Shown in pieces: positions 1-10,243 of a stretch of DNA of 64,000 nucleotides. Source of the stretch: an uncultured Chloroflexia bacterium (GTDB lineage Bacteria; Chloroflexota; Limnocylindria; Limnocylindrales; CSP1-4); assembly GCA_963728635.1 (NCBI GenBank), contig CAVSKR010000006.1, positions 43,203 to 107,202 on the forward strand. Direction: 5' to 3'. The notes under the pieces were generated by a model. It made no database searches and had not been told where the DNA came from. It worked only from the letters and a program-made list of their open reading frames with translations. Made by a program: the position numbers and the translations under genes. Each line of letters opens with the position of its first letter. Position 1 is the first letter of the stretch.

Positions 1-1
1 C

Positions 2-607
2 GCGTTCTGTGCCGGCCAGGACCTCGCCGAGCGCGACGAGCCGGATGCCGCTCCGCTCGACGTCGAGGTCCGCGAGCGCTACAACCCGATCATCCGCGCG
101 CTGCGGTCGATCGGTCAGCCGGTCATCGCGGCGGTGAACGGGGTTGCTGCGGGCGCCGGCGCGTCGCTTGCCTTCGCGTGCGACCTGCGGATCGCGTCGG
201 AGGATGCCCGGTTCGTCCTCGCGTTCGGCCGGATCGGGCTCGTGCCCGACAGCGGCGCGACCTGGTTCCTGCCACGTCTGGTCGGGCCGGCGAAGGCAGC
301 GGAACTGGCCCTCGTCGGCGACCCGGTCGATGCGGCCGAGGCGTTGCGGCTCGGCCTGGTGTCGAAGGTCGTGCCCGGCGATGAGCTGATGTCGGAGGCG
401 CGGGGGCTCGCTGACCGCTTGGCCGCCGGTGCGCCGCTGGCGCTCTCGCTCACGAAGGGCGCCCTGCAGCGCTCGATGACGATCGATCTCGACGAAGCGC
501 TCGACGGCGAGGCGAAGCTCCAGGGCATCGCCGGCGCCTCTGCCGACCACGCCGAGGGCCTCGCTGCCTTCCGCGAGAAGCGGCCGCCGCGGTTCAGCGG
601 CCGCTGA
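2..607 (+). CDS. enoyl-CoA hydratase/isomerase (crotonase) family protein, PaaF/PaaG-like; 5' end lies outside window
   Basis: Frame continuous from position 2 (AFCAGQDLAERDEPD...); crotonase-fold motifs (GAGASLAFACDLRIASEDARF, LVGDPVDAAEA); immediately upstream of paaA with 31-nt spacer. Confidence 0.8.
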   Translation, partial: AFCAGQDLAERDEPDAAPLDVEVRERYNPIIRALRSIGQPVIAAVNGVAAGAGASLAFACDLRIASEDARFVLAFGRIGLVPDSGATWFLPRLVGPAKAAELALVGDPVDAAEALRLGLVSKVVPGDELMSEARGLADRLAAGAPLALSLTKGALQRSMTIDLDEALDGEAKLQGIAGASADHAEGLAAFREKRPPRFSGR

Positions 608-638
608 CGATACGGTCCCGGAGGCGTAGGCTGGCGCC

Positions 639-1634
639 ATGACCGACCCGCTCGCGCTCGATCCGATCCTGTCGCCCGCTGAGCGGTCGAGCGGCGGCGC
701 GCCGGTGCGGGCGCACGACGAGGCGTACGAGGCCTGGTTCGAGCGGTTCGAGGGGCACGTGATGAACGGTGGCAAGGTCGAGGCCGTCGACGCGATGCCC
801 GACGAGTACCGGACCGCGGTGCTGCGTTTCGTCGAGATGCACGCCAACTCCGAGCTCATGGGCGTCCTGCCCGAGCGCGAGTGGCTGATGCGCGCACCGA
901 CCCTGCGCCGCAAGCTCGCCCTTACCGCCAAGGTCCAGGACGAGGTCGGCCACGCGCAGCTGCTCTACCGGATCGCGGAGGACCTCGGCAAGCCGCGCGA
1001 GGCGATGTTCGACGACCTGCTCGCGGGCAAGACCAAGTTCCACAACGTCTTCCACTACCCGACGGTCGGCTGGGCCGACGTCGGGATGATCGCCTGGCTC
1101 GTCGACGCGGCGGCGATCGTCGCCCAGCAGGCACTGCGCGACTCGAGCTATGCGCCGTACGCCCGGACGATGCGCAAGATCTGCTGGGAGGAATCGGTCC
1201 ACATCATGCATGGCCGCGACGTGGTCGTGACGATGGTCACCGGCACGCCCGCCCAGCGCGCGGCGATCCAGGACGCGCTCGACCGGTGGTGGGGCCCGCT
1301 CATGCAGATGCACGGACCCCGATCGCCGCGCGAGAAGGACATGGACCTGCGCTGGCGGATCAAGGCCAAGACCTCCGAGGAGCTGCGCCAGGAGTTCCTC
1401 ACGATCTATGTGCCGCGCATCCGCGAGCTCGGCCTCGTGATCCCGGACCCTGAGCTGCGCTTCGACGAGGACGCCGGCGAATGGCGCTACACGGAGCCCG
1501 ACTGGAACGAGCTGCGGACCGTCGTCACCAACCACGGCCCGATGTCCGAGGCTCGCCTGGAGTTCCGTCGGCTGGCGCGCGAGGAGACCAGATGGGTGCG
1601 CGAGGCGATCCTGGGCGTGCCCGCGGCCGCGTGA
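639..1634 (+). CDS. paaA: 1,2-phenylacetyl-CoA epoxidase subunit A
   Basis: 331-aa ORF with diiron-oxygenase PaaA-like sequence (EVGHAQLLYRIAEDLG, EESVHIMHG); GGAGG-like RBS upstream; first gene of paaABCD block. Confidence 0.9.
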   Translation: MTDPLALDPILSPAERSSGGAPVRAHDEAYEAWFERFEGHVMNGGKVEAVDAMPDEYRTAVLRFVEMHANSELMGVLPEREWLMRAPTLRRKLALTAKVQDEVGHAQLLYRIAEDLGKPREAMFDDLLAGKTKFHNVFHYPTVGWADVGMIAWLVDAAAIVAQQALRDSSYAPYARTMRKICWEESVHIMHGRDVVVTMVTGTPAQRAAIQDALDRWWGPLMQMHGPRSPREKDMDLRWRIKAKTSEELRQEFLTIYVPRIRELGLVIPDPELRFDEDAGEWRYTEPDWNELRTVVTNHGPMSEARLEFRRLAREETRWVREAILGVPAAA

Positions 1635-1966
1635 ACGACTCGGACCGCCTCGAGCCGGCTCTCGAGGCGTGGGAGGTCTTCCGGCAGGAAAAGGAAGGCG
1701 ATCCGATGCGCCATGGCGGCAGCGTGATGGCGCCCGACGCCGAGCTCGCCACCCATTACGCCCGCGAGATGTACGGCCGGCGGCAGGAGAGTGTTCGGCT
1801 GTGGATCGTGCGCCGCGCCGACATCGTCGACCTCGAGGATCCCGACCTGCTCCAGCCGCCACTCGATCGCTCGTTCAAGAAGCCGGGCGGCTACGTGATG
1901 CGGGACAAGCTCGCCGCCGCCCGCGAGGCCGCCGGCCAGGAGAAGCCCAAGGCCAGGGCGAAGTGA
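1631..1966 (+). CDS. paaB: 1,2-phenylacetyl-CoA epoxidase subunit B
   Basis: GTG start overlapping paaA stop (GTGA); ~110 aa PaaB-like (WEVFRQEKEGDPMRHGGSV...RLWIVRRADI); nested in longer artefactual ORF 1481..1966. Confidence 0.8.
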   Translation: MNDSDRLEPALEAWEVFRQEKEGDPMRHGGSVMAPDAELATHYAREMYGRRQESVRLWIVRRADIVDLEDPDLLQPPLDRSFKKPGGYVMRDKLAAAREAAGQEKPKARAK

Positions 1967-2730
1967 ACGCCACGGCCGCACCGGCCGTCGTCGGCCTCGA
2001 CGAGCTCCTGCTGTCGATGGCCGACGACGAGTTCGTCATCGGTTTTTCCGACTCGGAATGGACGGGCATCGCGCCGCTCCTCGAGGAGGACGTCGCGATG
2101 AGCTCGCTGTCCCAGGACGAGCTCGGCCACGCCGCCGCGTTCTATGGGCTGCTCGGCGACATCAAGGGGATGGACGCGGATGCCCTTGCGTACGACCGCG
2201 ACCCGGCCCAGTACCGCCACGCCCGCCTCCTCGATCACGGGCGGGGCGACTGGGCGATGACGATCGCCCGCCGCTACCTGTACGAGACCGCCGACGCCGT
2301 CAGGCTCGAGGCGCTCGTGGACGGATCGTGGTCGCCCCTCGCCGACCTCGTCGGCAAGATCCGCCGCGAGGAGCGCTATCACCTGATGCACATCGGGTCG
2401 TGGCTGGAGCGGCTGGCCGGGACGCCGGGCGCGCCACGTGATCGGCTGCTCGCCGCCCTCGAGACGCTCGGTCCGGACGCCGGGACCGTGTTCACGCCGC
2501 TCGACGGCGAGCCGTCGCTCATCGAGAGTGGTGTCCTCGCTCGCTCGATGGCCGATTCCGAGCGTGCCTGGCGCGAACGGCTGACGCCCGTGTTCCAGCA
2601 ACTCGACCTGCCGCTCCCGCCGCCGAGCGCCGATCCGGCGAGCGGACGGACCGACCACGGCAACGATTTCCGCTGGCTGTGGGGCGAGTTCACCTCGGTC
2701 CGCGGCGCCGACCCCGGGGCGACGTGGTGA
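1963..2730 (+). CDS. paaC: 1,2-phenylacetyl-CoA epoxidase subunit C
   Basis: GTG start overlapping paaB stop; PaaC-like ferritin-fold sequence (DDEFVIGFSDSEWTGIAPLLEEDVAMSSLSQDELGHA, EERYHLMH); longer upstream ORF extension overlaps paaB in another frame. Confidence 0.8.
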   Translation: MNATAAPAVVGLDELLLSMADDEFVIGFSDSEWTGIAPLLEEDVAMSSLSQDELGHAAAFYGLLGDIKGMDADALAYDRDPAQYRHARLLDHGRGDWAMTIARRYLYETADAVRLEALVDGSWSPLADLVGKIRREERYHLMHIGSWLERLAGTPGAPRDRLLAALETLGPDAGTVFTPLDGEPSLIESGVLARSMADSERAWRERLTPVFQQLDLPLPPPSADPASGRTDHGNDFRWLWGEFTSVRGADPGATW

Positions 2731-3191
2731 TCCGTCTCGACCCGCAGGAGGCGGACGTTCGCGCGGCACTCGGCGAGGTCCCGGACCCCGAGATCCCGGT
2801 GCTGTCGGTCGTCGATCTCGGCATCGTCCACAGCGTCGAGGTCCGCCCGGACGGCATCGATGTCGCGATCCTTCCGACCTTCGTCGGCTGTCCCGCCCTC
2901 GACGTGATCCAGGCCTCGATCGCCGACCACCTCGGGGCCAGCTTCGGGCGGCCGGTGCACGTCGAGACCACGTTCGACGTGCCCTGGACGTCCGAGCGCA
3001 TTTCGCCGGCCGGGCGAGTGGCACTCAGGCAGGCCGGGATCGCGCCGCCCAGCGCACCGGAGGATGTCCGTTGTCCGTTCTGCGCCTCGGCCGAGGTCGT
3101 CATGGACAGCGCGTTCGGGCCGACGCAGTGCCGGTCGCTCTTCTACTGCCGCGCCTGTCGCCAGCCGTTCGAAGCCCTGAAGTCGGTGTGA
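2727..3191 (+). CDS. paaD: phenylacetate-CoA oxygenase subunit PaaD (SUF-like Fe-S assembly domain)
   Basis: GTG overlapping paaC stop; PaaD-like N-terminal (VRAALGEVPDPEIPVLSVVDLGIV) and C-terminal Cys cluster (CPFC...CRAC). Confidence 0.8.
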   Translation: MIRLDPQEADVRAALGEVPDPEIPVLSVVDLGIVHSVEVRPDGIDVAILPTFVGCPALDVIQASIADHLGASFGRPVHVETTFDVPWTSERISPAGRVALRQAGIAPPSAPEDVRCPFCASAEVVMDSAFGPTQCRSLFYCRACRQPFEALKSV

Positions 3192-4252
3192 CGACCGTCG
3201 GGATCGTCGGGGCCGGCGTCATGGGCGCCGGGATCGCTCAGGTCGCGCTCGAGTCCGGCTGGGAGGTCGTCATCCATGACGTCGACGACGTCGCCGTCGA
3301 GCGAGCCCTCGCCCGGGTGCGCGAAGGGCTCGCCAGGCGGGCGGCGAGGCTGGACCTCGACGCCGACTCCATCGAGGCGTGGGTCGATGGACGGGCCGCC
3401 GGCCTCCGGCATGCCCACACACTCGATGGCCTCGCGACCGAGGCGTCGCTGATCGTGGAGGCGGTGCTCGAGGACCTGGAGCTGAAGCGGACGATCTTCC
3501 GGGCGCTCGATGCCGAGGCGACCTCGGACGTCCTCCTCGCGACAAACACCAGTGCCCTGTCGGTCACGGCCATCGCCGAGACCACGAGCCGGCCCGAACG
3601 CGTGCTCGGCCTCCATTTCTTCAATCCCGTCCCGCTCATGGGGCTGGTGGAGGTGGTCCCGGGCACGAGGACGTCGACCTCGACGCTGGACCGAGCGAGC
3701 GCGATCGTCCGCGAGTGGGGCAAGACCCCGGTCCTCAGCGCCGATCGACCGGGCTTCATCGTCAACCGGGTGAACCGACCCTTCACGATCGAAGCATTAC
3801 GGATCCTCGAGGAAGGTATGTCGGACGTCACCTCGATCGACGCCGCGATGCGCGCGGCCGGCTACCCGATGGGCCCCTTCGAGCTGATGGACCTATCGGG
3901 CCTGGACGTCAACCTGGCCGCGGCACAGGGCGTGTGGAGCGGGCTCGGCCGGCCCGATCGTCTTCGCCCGTCCAGCATCCAGGAGCGGCTCGTCGCGTCC
4001 GGCCGTCTCGGACGGAAATCAGGTGCCGGCTTCTACCGATACGAGAACGGTCGCCGGGGAGAGGTCGATCCCGAGTTTGCCGATGCGCCGGCGCGGCCCC
4101 TCGCCGGCGAGCGCATCCGGGACCGCATCGAGGCGGCCGTCGTCGAGGAGGTCTCCGTCGCGCTGGCGGAAGGGGTCGCCGGTCGCGACGACATCGCGAC
4201 CGCGTTGCGCCTGGGGGCGTCCTATCCGGAACGGTTCCTTGCCGCCCTCTGA
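3188..4252 (+). CDS. paaH: 3-hydroxyacyl-CoA dehydrogenase (PaaH-like)
   Basis: GTG overlapping paaD stop; Rossmann motif VGIVGAGVMGAGIAQ; HFFNP motif typical of 3-hydroxyacyl-CoA DH; C-terminal dimerisation domain. Confidence 0.8.
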   Translation: MTTVGIVGAGVMGAGIAQVALESGWEVVIHDVDDVAVERALARVREGLARRAARLDLDADSIEAWVDGRAAGLRHAHTLDGLATEASLIVEAVLEDLELKRTIFRALDAEATSDVLLATNTSALSVTAIAETTSRPERVLGLHFFNPVPLMGLVEVVPGTRTSTSTLDRASAIVREWGKTPVLSADRPGFIVNRVNRPFTIEALRILEEGMSDVTSIDAAMRAAGYPMGPFELMDLSGLDVNLAAAQGVWSGLGRPDRLRPSSIQERLVASGRLGRKSGAGFYRYENGRRGEVDPEFADAPARPLAGERIRDRIEAAVVEEVSVALAEGVAGRDDIATALRLGASYPERFLAAL

Positions 4253-4985
4253 GCGCCGTGCCGCTGCATGTCTGGCTCTGGCCGGCTGGGCCGCGCTCGC
4301 GGTCCTCGGCTGCACGGTCCAACCCGGCTCGACGGCGCCGTCGGCGGAGCGATCCGAATACAGCCAGCCGGCAGCGATCGCGTCGGGGACCGTGGCGCCG
4401 ACGATGAGCCCGTCGATCGCGGCCAGCCCGGCCCGCTCCTTCACGCTCCCGAGTCCGATCGCCAGCCCGTTCGCCCCCGACCTCGAGGCGCGTCTCCCGG
4501 CCGATCTGCGGGGGATCCCCCTCATCCGGGTGAGCACGCCTCTGTCGAACCTCGCCGGTGGCAGCGACATGTGCATCATCCTGTGCTCGCACGAGCCCGG
4601 CCGACTGGCGGCCGCGGCGGGCGTGGACATCGACGCCATCCGCTTCGCTGTCGCGCTGCCGCCCGACGACGCGGATCTGCCCATCCAGATCGTCGCGATC
4701 CAGTTCCCCGGCCTCGTCACGGACCAGCTGATCCCGGTCCGACTCAAGGCGGGCGGCCACTCCGGCCCACCGGAGAACGACCCACCGCCGCGCGTCACGG
4801 AGCTCTCCGCAGGGTCGGAGACCGTGACCCTCGTCGAGTGGGCCTGGTGGTTCAACGAGGCGGGCAACGGTGAGTACCTCTATGCCCGCGACGACATCCT
4901 GTACATCATCAACGGCCTCGCCCCGCAGGACGGCCATACGCCGGCTGACGTCACGCTCGCCGTCGAGGCGCTGGCAAGGCTCTGA
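4239..4985 (+). CDS. hypothetical lipoprotein embedded in paa operon
   Basis: In-frame TTG at 4239 gives [28 protein letters not shown] (signal peptide + lipobox LGC); ORF open to 4985; no ATG/GTG available; high GC3. Confidence 0.45.
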   Translation: MPPSERRAAACLALAGWAALAVLGCTVQPGSTAPSAERSEYSQPAAIASGTVAPTMSPSIAASPARSFTLPSPIASPFAPDLEARLPADLRGIPLIRVSTPLSNLAGGSDMCIILCSHEPGRLAAAAGVDIDAIRFAVALPPDDADLPIQIVAIQFPGLVTDQLIPVRLKAGGHSGPPENDPPPRVTELSAGSETVTLVEWAWWFNEAGNGEYLYARDDILYIINGLAPQDGHTPADVTLAVEALARL

Positions 4986-5023
4986 CCGGCGGTCCTCGAC
5001 GCGTCCGCGCCTACAATCGGACG

Positions 5024-6256
5024 ATGACCCGAGATTCGAATCGTCCGCTTCGGGACGCCTGGATCGTCGAGGCCGTCCGCACGCCGATCGGGCGCTACGG
5101 CGGCGCGCTTGCGACCGTCCGACCTGACGATCTCGCCGCGCTCGTCCTGCGCGCGGTGGTCGATCGCGCGGGTGTCGACGCGGCCCTCGTCGAGGACGTC
5201 ATCCTCGGCTGTGCCAACCAGGCCGGCGAGGACAACCGCGATGTCGCCCGCATGGCGCTCCTGCTCGCCGGCTTCCCGGTCGAGGTCGGAGGGCAGACCG
5301 TCAACCGTTTGTGTGGCTCCGGGCTCCAGGCGATCAACTCGGCGGCCCATGCGGTCGCTGTCGGCGACGGCGACGTCTTCATCGGCGGCGGTGTCGAATC
5401 GATGACGCGGGCGCCGTACGTCATGGCCAAGGCCGAAGGCCCGTGGGACCGCGGACCCCGCGAGCTCCAGGACACCACTCTCGGCTGGCGGTTCGTGAAC
5501 CCGGCCCTCTCCGAGAAGCACTACCCGTATTCGATGGGCGAGACCGCCGAGAACGTGGCGGAGCGCTGGAACGTCGGTCGCGAGCGCCAGGACGCGTTCG
5601 CGCTCGAGAGCCAGCAACGCGCAGTCGCGGCGATCGAGGCGGGCCGTTTCGACGACCAGATCGTCCCGGTCGAGGCGACCGGGCGGAAGGGCGAGCTGAC
5701 CGTCGTCTCCCGCGACGAGCATCCCCGTGCCGATACGTCAGCCGAAGCACTCGCCAAGCTGCGCCCGGCGTTCCGCGGCTCGGGTGGCACGGTGACCGCC
5801 GGGAACAGCTCGGGCATCAACGACGGCGCGTCGGCGGTCCTGCTCGTGGAGGCCGAGCGGGCACGCGATCTCGGGCTGAAGCCGCTCGCCCGCGTCGTCT
5901 CGACCGCGGTGGCAGGCGTCGATCCGGCGATCATGGGCGTCGGCCCCGTGCCCGCGACACGCAAGGCGCTCGAGCGCGCCGGTCTCGGTGTCGACGATAT
6001 CGACCTCATCGAGCTCAACGAGGCGTTCGCATCGCAGTCACTCGTGTGCATCGACGAGCTGGGCCTGGACCCGGCGAAGGTCAACGTCAACGGCGGCGCG
6101 ATCGCGCTGGGGCACCCGCTGGGCATGAGCGGCGGCCGGCTGATCACGATGCTGACCCACGAGCTGCGGCGCACGGGCGGGCGTTACGGGCTCGCGACGA
6201 TGTGCATCGGCGTCGGGCAGGGCATCGCGACGATCGTGGAGCGCATCGACTCGTAA
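5024..6256 (+). CDS. paaJ: 3-oxoadipyl-CoA / acetyl-CoA C-acyltransferase (thiolase, PaaJ-like)
   Basis: 410-aa thiolase with catalytic Cys ([11 protein letters not shown]), GHPLGMSG and MCIGVGQG motifs. Confidence 0.85.
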   Translation: MTRDSNRPLRDAWIVEAVRTPIGRYGGALATVRPDDLAALVLRAVVDRAGVDAALVEDVILGCANQAGEDNRDVARMALLLAGFPVEVGGQTVNRLCGSGLQAINSAAHAVAVGDGDVFIGGGVESMTRAPYVMAKAEGPWDRGPRELQDTTLGWRFVNPALSEKHYPYSMGETAENVAERWNVGRERQDAFALESQQRAVAAIEAGRFDDQIVPVEATGRKGELTVVSRDEHPRADTSAEALAKLRPAFRGSGGTVTAGNSSGINDGASAVLLVEAERARDLGLKPLARVVSTAVAGVDPAIMGVGPVPATRKALERAGLGVDDIDLIELNEAFASQSLVCIDELGLDPAKVNVNGGAIALGHPLGMSGGRLITMLTHELRRTGGRYGLATMCIGVGQGIATIVERIDS

Positions 6257-6377
6257 CACTCTTGCCATGCCGTAGGACCATCGGATTTCGGCGCGACGCT
6301 TGTCGAAACCGGTTGTGCTGCGTACGATGAGCGCACACGCCTCGCATCCATCCCTCCGAAGGAGGACGACCCGTCCC

Positions 6378-6785
6378 ATGATCGAACAGCAGCCGACGAT
6401 CACCGAGCCAGCACCCCCGGGCACCGTCGTGTCCCTGAGTGACGCCGCGGTCGCCAAGCTCAGCGAGCTGACGAAGGAAGAGACCAATCCGGATATCGGG
6501 CTGCGGGTCTACGTCTATTCCGGCGGTTGCTCCGGTTTCCGCTACGGGATGATGCTCGAGGACGCGCCGACGCCTGAGGACAACGTCCTCGACGTCAGTG
6601 GGATCAAGGTGTACGTCGACGGGCAGAGCATCTCTCTGCTACAGGGCTCGCAGATCGACTACGTCGACACGCTCATGGGCGCCGGTTTCACGGTCAACAA
6701 CCCGAACGCCGTCGCCGCCTGCGGCTGCGGCTCGAGCTTCCGCACGGCGGACGACACCGGGGCGCCGCGCGGCTGCGCGCACTGA
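6378..6785 (+). CDS. iron-sulfur cluster insertion protein, HesB/IscA/ErpA (A-type carrier) family
   Basis: GGAGGA RBS then ATG; A-type carrier motifs (GCSGFRYGM ... CGCGSSF) with three conserved Cys; ORF-track start at 6300 is an upstream extension. Confidence 0.8.
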   Translation: MIEQQPTITEPAPPGTVVSLSDAAVAKLSELTKEETNPDIGLRVYVYSGGCSGFRYGMMLEDAPTPEDNVLDVSGIKVYVDGQSISLLQGSQIDYVDTLMGAGFTVNNPNAVAACGCGSSFRTADDTGAPRGCAH

Positions 6786-6804
6786 CGTAGCGTCGCGACC
6801 GATC

Positions 6805-6839
6805 GAAGCCGCCGGGTGACCGGCGGCTTCTCTGTTTCC
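6805..6839 (+). terminator. rho-independent terminator downstream of the Fe-S carrier gene
   Basis: Perfect 11-bp stem GAAGCCGCCGG / CCGGCGGCTTC with GTGA loop followed by TCTGTTTCC. Confidence 0.6.
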
Positions 6840-6996
6840 TTCTCCGACCCGTCCCATCGTGCCGCGGTACGGTCGGGTCATGGGCACGGCCGCCCCGACT
6901 CATGACACTCTCGTGCCATTGATGCCTGTGGACCCTCGCTCCGGCACGTCACGCCCCGCGGCCCTCAGGCCCGAACCGGTCTAGACTCGGACGGCG

Positions 6997-7779
6997 ATGG
7001 AGATCCCGCTCTTCCCGCTTCACCAGGTCCTGTGCCCAGGCATCGTCCTGCCGCTCCATATCTTCGAGGATCGCTATCAGGCGATGACGCGGCATTGCCT
7101 CGATACCGGCGAGCCCTTCGGGGTCGTCCTGATCCGCGACGGGCGCGAGGTCGGCACGAAGGGGGTCGCGACCCTGGCGGGCGTCGGGGCCTTCGCCGAG
7201 ATCCGCGAAGCGGGGCGCTACCCCGACGGGCGCTACGACCTCCTCGCCGCAGCCACGGGCCGGTTCACGATCGAGGCGGTCGATGCCCAGAAGGAGCCCT
7301 ACCTGGTCGCCGAGGTGACGCCGCTCGACGACGAGGTCGGCGACGAGACCCGCGCCGAGCGCCTGGCCGCGCGAGCCATCCGGCGCTTCGTCCGCTATCT
7401 CGACCTCATGCGTGCTCGCGACGGCGAGTCGTCCGAGGTGCTCGACATCCGGGTCGAGATCGAGGCGAACGCCGGCGAGCCCGATCCGAACGCCGACCCG
7501 ATGGCGACGGCCGAGCCCGAGCTGACGGCCGCGGCCAGCGACCCGCCGACCCGCCGCGACCTCGACATCCCCGACGACCCGACCGTGCTGTCGTATCTGC
7601 TGTCAGGCATCGTCCAGGTCGAGCTGCCGCGCCGGCAGGCGCTGCTCGAGGCTGACACCACGGTCGAGCGACTCGAGGGCCTGATCAGCCTGCTGGAACG
7701 CGAGGTGCTGCTGCTGAGCCGGCGGCTGCGCTACTTCACGCCGGACCCGGCCACCATCGGCGGCACGCGCCGCAGCTAG
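6997..7779 (+). CDS. Lon N-terminal (LON substrate-binding) domain protein
   Basis: N-terminus MEIPLFPLHQVLCPGIVLPLHIFEDRYQ matches the Lon N-domain signature; no ATPase or protease domain. Confidence 0.7.
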   Translation: MEIPLFPLHQVLCPGIVLPLHIFEDRYQAMTRHCLDTGEPFGVVLIRDGREVGTKGVATLAGVGAFAEIREAGRYPDGRYDLLAAATGRFTIEAVDAQKEPYLVAEVTPLDDEVGDETRAERLAARAIRRFVRYLDLMRARDGESSEVLDIRVEIEANAGEPDPNADPMATAEPELTAAASDPPTRRDLDIPDDPTVLSYLLSGIVQVELPRRQALLEADTTVERLEGLISLLEREVLLLSRRLRYFTPDPATIGGTRRS

Positions 7780-7809
7780 CCGAGACTCACGCGGGGCGGC
7801 CGCTGAGCG

Positions 7810-8412
7810 CTACTCGCTGAAGCGCTCTTCCTTCCAGGGATCTGCATTGTTGTTGTAGCCGTAGCGCTCCCAGAAGCCGAGCTGGTCGTGGTCCAGGAAC
7901 TCGAGGCCACGGACCCACTTCGAGCTCTTCCAGAAGTAGCGCTTTGGGACGACGAGCCGCAGCGGGTAGCCGTGCTCGGGCTCGAGCGGTTCGCCACCGA
8001 AGGCGTCGGCCAGGATGACGTCGTCGTCATCGAGCACCGCCAGCGGCAGATTCGCGGTGTAGCCCTGTTCGGCGTGGCTGACGACATGCGTCGCGCTCGG
8101 GCGCACCTGGGCCAGCTCCAGGATCGTCTGGATGGCGACGCCCTCCCAGTCCGTGTCGAGCTTCGACCAGCGCGTCACGCAATGGACGTCGGTGTGGATC
8201 TTCTTGCGCGGCAGGTCCTTGAACTGCTGCCAGGTCAGCGTGAACGGCGCATCGACCTCGCCCCACACCTTGAAGTCCCAGGTCGCGAGGTCCGTATGCG
8301 GCACCGAGCCGTAATGGAGGACCGGGAACTTCTCCGTCTTGTACTGGCCGGGCGGGATGCGTTCGGCGATCGCGGGGTCGACAGCGGTGTTGCCGAAGAG
8401 GCGTTCGAACAT
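7810..8412 (-). CDS. sulfite-oxidase-like molybdopterin oxidoreductase (YedY/MsrP-like catalytic domain)
   Basis: ATG at 8412 with AGGAAGG RBS; molybdopterin-oxidoreductase motifs (HTDVHCVTRWSKLDTDWEGV; HGYPLRLVVPKRYFWKSSKWV). Confidence 0.8.
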   Translation of the reverse strand: MFERLFGNTAVDPAIAERIPPGQYKTEKFPVLHYGSVPHTDLATWDFKVWGEVDAPFTLTWQQFKDLPRKKIHTDVHCVTRWSKLDTDWEGVAIQTILELAQVRPSATHVVSHAEQGYTANLPLAVLDDDDVILADAFGGEPLEPEHGYPLRLVVPKRYFWKSSKWVRGLEFLDHDQLGFWERYGYNNNADPWKEERFSE

Positions 8413-8507
8413 CGGGCGCGAGATCCTTCCTGACGCGGGGTATCCGTATCGTCGCACACCGTCGATGACGACCCCGTGACCGCGGTCCACCCGCTACGCT
8501 TCGCGCC

Positions 8508-9266
8508 GTGGCCCAGCACGTCAATCCGCGGACCATCATCGTCATGCCCGCGTACAACGCCGCCCTGACGCTGGAGCGGACGTACGCGGACATCCCGCAC
8601 GACCTGATCGACCGGATCATCCTGGTCGACGACGTGTCGCGCGACGAGACCGTCGACATCGCGCGCCAGCTCGGCCTCGACGTCATCATCCACGCGCAGA
8701 ACCGGGGGTACGGCGGGAACCAGAAGACGTGCTACGACGCGGCCCTCGAGGCGGATGCCGACATCGTCGTGATGCTCCACCCCGACTACCAGTACGACGC
8801 GACCAGGATCCCGGCGCTCATCGAGCCGATCGCCAGCGGAGAGCGCGACCTCATGCTCGGAAGCCGCTTTCTCGGCGACCCGCTCGCGGGCGGCATGCCG
8901 ACCTGGAAGTACGTGAGCAACCGGTTCCTCACGACCGTCGAGAACGTCGCATTCGGCCTGCGCCTGTCCGAGTACCACACCGGCCTGCGCGCCTACAGCC
9001 GGCGGCTGCTCGAGACGATCCCGTATCACGCGAACAGCGATGACTTCGTCTTCGACCAGGAGCTGATCGCCCAGGTCGTGGCAGCCGGGATGCGCGAGCG
9101 CATCGGCGAGATCGCGGTGCCGACCCGCTACTTCGAAGAGGCGAGCTCGGTGGGCTTCCGGCGCAGCGTGGTCTACGGCCTCTCGACCCTCCGCGTCGTC
9201 GGACGCTTTCTCCTCCACCGACTCCGGCTGCGACCGTCCAAGAAGCTGACCGCCCGGCGTCCGTGA
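8508..9266 (+). CDS. family 2 glycosyltransferase (polyprenol-phosphate sugar transferase-like)
   Basis: GT2 motifs: IIVMPAYN, LVDDVSRDET, DADIVVMLHPD. Confidence 0.8.
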   Translation: MAQHVNPRTIIVMPAYNAALTLERTYADIPHDLIDRIILVDDVSRDETVDIARQLGLDVIIHAQNRGYGGNQKTCYDAALEADADIVVMLHPDYQYDATRIPALIEPIASGERDLMLGSRFLGDPLAGGMPTWKYVSNRFLTTVENVAFGLRLSEYHTGLRAYSRRLLETIPYHANSDDFVFDQELIAQVVAAGMRERIGEIAVPTRYFEEASSVGFRRSVVYGLSTLRVVGRFLLHRLRLRPSKKLTARRP

Positions 9267-10243
9267 GCCGCCGCACTGCGTTCCGCGCGGCCCTCGGCAT
9301 CGCGATCAGCGTCGCCGCGGTGGCGATCCTGCTCCGGTCGGTCGACGTCGGTGACGCCCTGGCCGTCCTCGGCCGCGCCGATCTCGGGATCGTCCTGCTC
9401 ATGGTCGTGTCGGTCATCCTGGATGTCGCGGCCCGCGGTGCTCGCTGGCAAGCGCTGCTCGTGCCGATCCGCCGCCTCGCATACGTGCGGGTGCTCGGCT
9501 ACACCTTCCTCGGCTACCTCGCCAACAACGTCCTGCCCGCACGGCTCGGCGAACTGGTCCGCAGCCATGCCCTCGGCGAGGGTGAGGGCCTGAGCCGGCC
9601 GACCGTCCTCGGCACGGTCGTCGTCGAGCGGATCGTCGACACGGTGATCGTCGTCGCGCTCGCGGCGCTCTCCGTCGTGATCCTCGGGGTCGGTGGGATC
9701 GTGTCGACGGGGGTCGTGCTCGGCGCCGTCTTCGTGGGCCTGCTGCTCGTCGGGCTGTTCGTCGCGGTCCTCAGTCATCGCTTCCCGGGGGCCGAGCGCG
9801 TGAGCGCCGCTGCGGAGCGGTTCCCGCGGATCCTCGACCTCGCGCGGCGGCTGCGCGAGGGCCTCGCCGTCGTGAGCCGGCCCGGGACGGTCGCCGCCGC
9901 GCTCGCCTTCAGCGCCCTTGCATGGACGTTCTCGATCCTCACGTTCGTCCTCGGCGGCCGGGCGCTCGGCATCGACCTGAGCCCCGCCGAGGGCGCGCTG
10001 CTCTCGAGTGGCGTCGCTCTCGCGACGATCGTGCCGTCAGGCCCTGGCTACCTCGGCACCTTCGAGCTCACCGCGGTCGGCATCGCGACCCAGTTCGGTG
10101 TCGAGGCGAACGCCGCCTTCGCGATCGCGCTGCTCGTCCACGCGATGATCCTGCTGGTGACCTCGGTCGGCGGCGCGGTCTCCGCGCTGCGACTGGGTGT
10201 CGGACTGTCGACCGGGTCGCGGGACGAGAGTCAGGCGAGTTAG
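9263..10243 (+). CDS. flippase-like / lysylphosphatidylglycerol-synthase TM-region family membrane protein (UPF0104)
   Basis: GTG overlapping GT2 stop; ~8 predicted TM helices; conserved ANNVLPARLGE motif; coupled to the GT2 gene. Confidence 0.7.
   Translation: MSRRTAFRAALGIAISVAAVAILLRSVDVGDALAVLGRADLGIVLLMVVSVILDVAARGARWQALLVPIRRLAYVRVLGYTFLGYLANNVLPARLGELVRSHALGEGEGLSRPTVLGTVVVERIVDTVIVVALAALSVVILGVGGIVSTGVVLGAVFVGLLLVGLFVAVLSHRFPGAERVSAAAERFPRILDLARRLREGLAVVSRPGTVAAALAFSALAWTFSILTFVLGGRALGIDLSPAEGALLSSGVALATIVPSGPGYLGTFELTAVGIATQFGVEANAAFAIALLVHAMILLVTSVGGAVSALRLGVGLSTGSRDESQAS

Noticed and set aside
594-1862. 422-aa minus-strand ORF antisense to paaA/paaB
   Set aside because: Arg/Pro/Gly-rich low-complexity translation, antisense to strongly conserved genes; typical high-GC spurious ORF
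1891-3024. 377-aa minus-strand ORF antisense to paaC/paaD
   Set aside because: Same artefact class; no motifs, extreme Arg/Pro content
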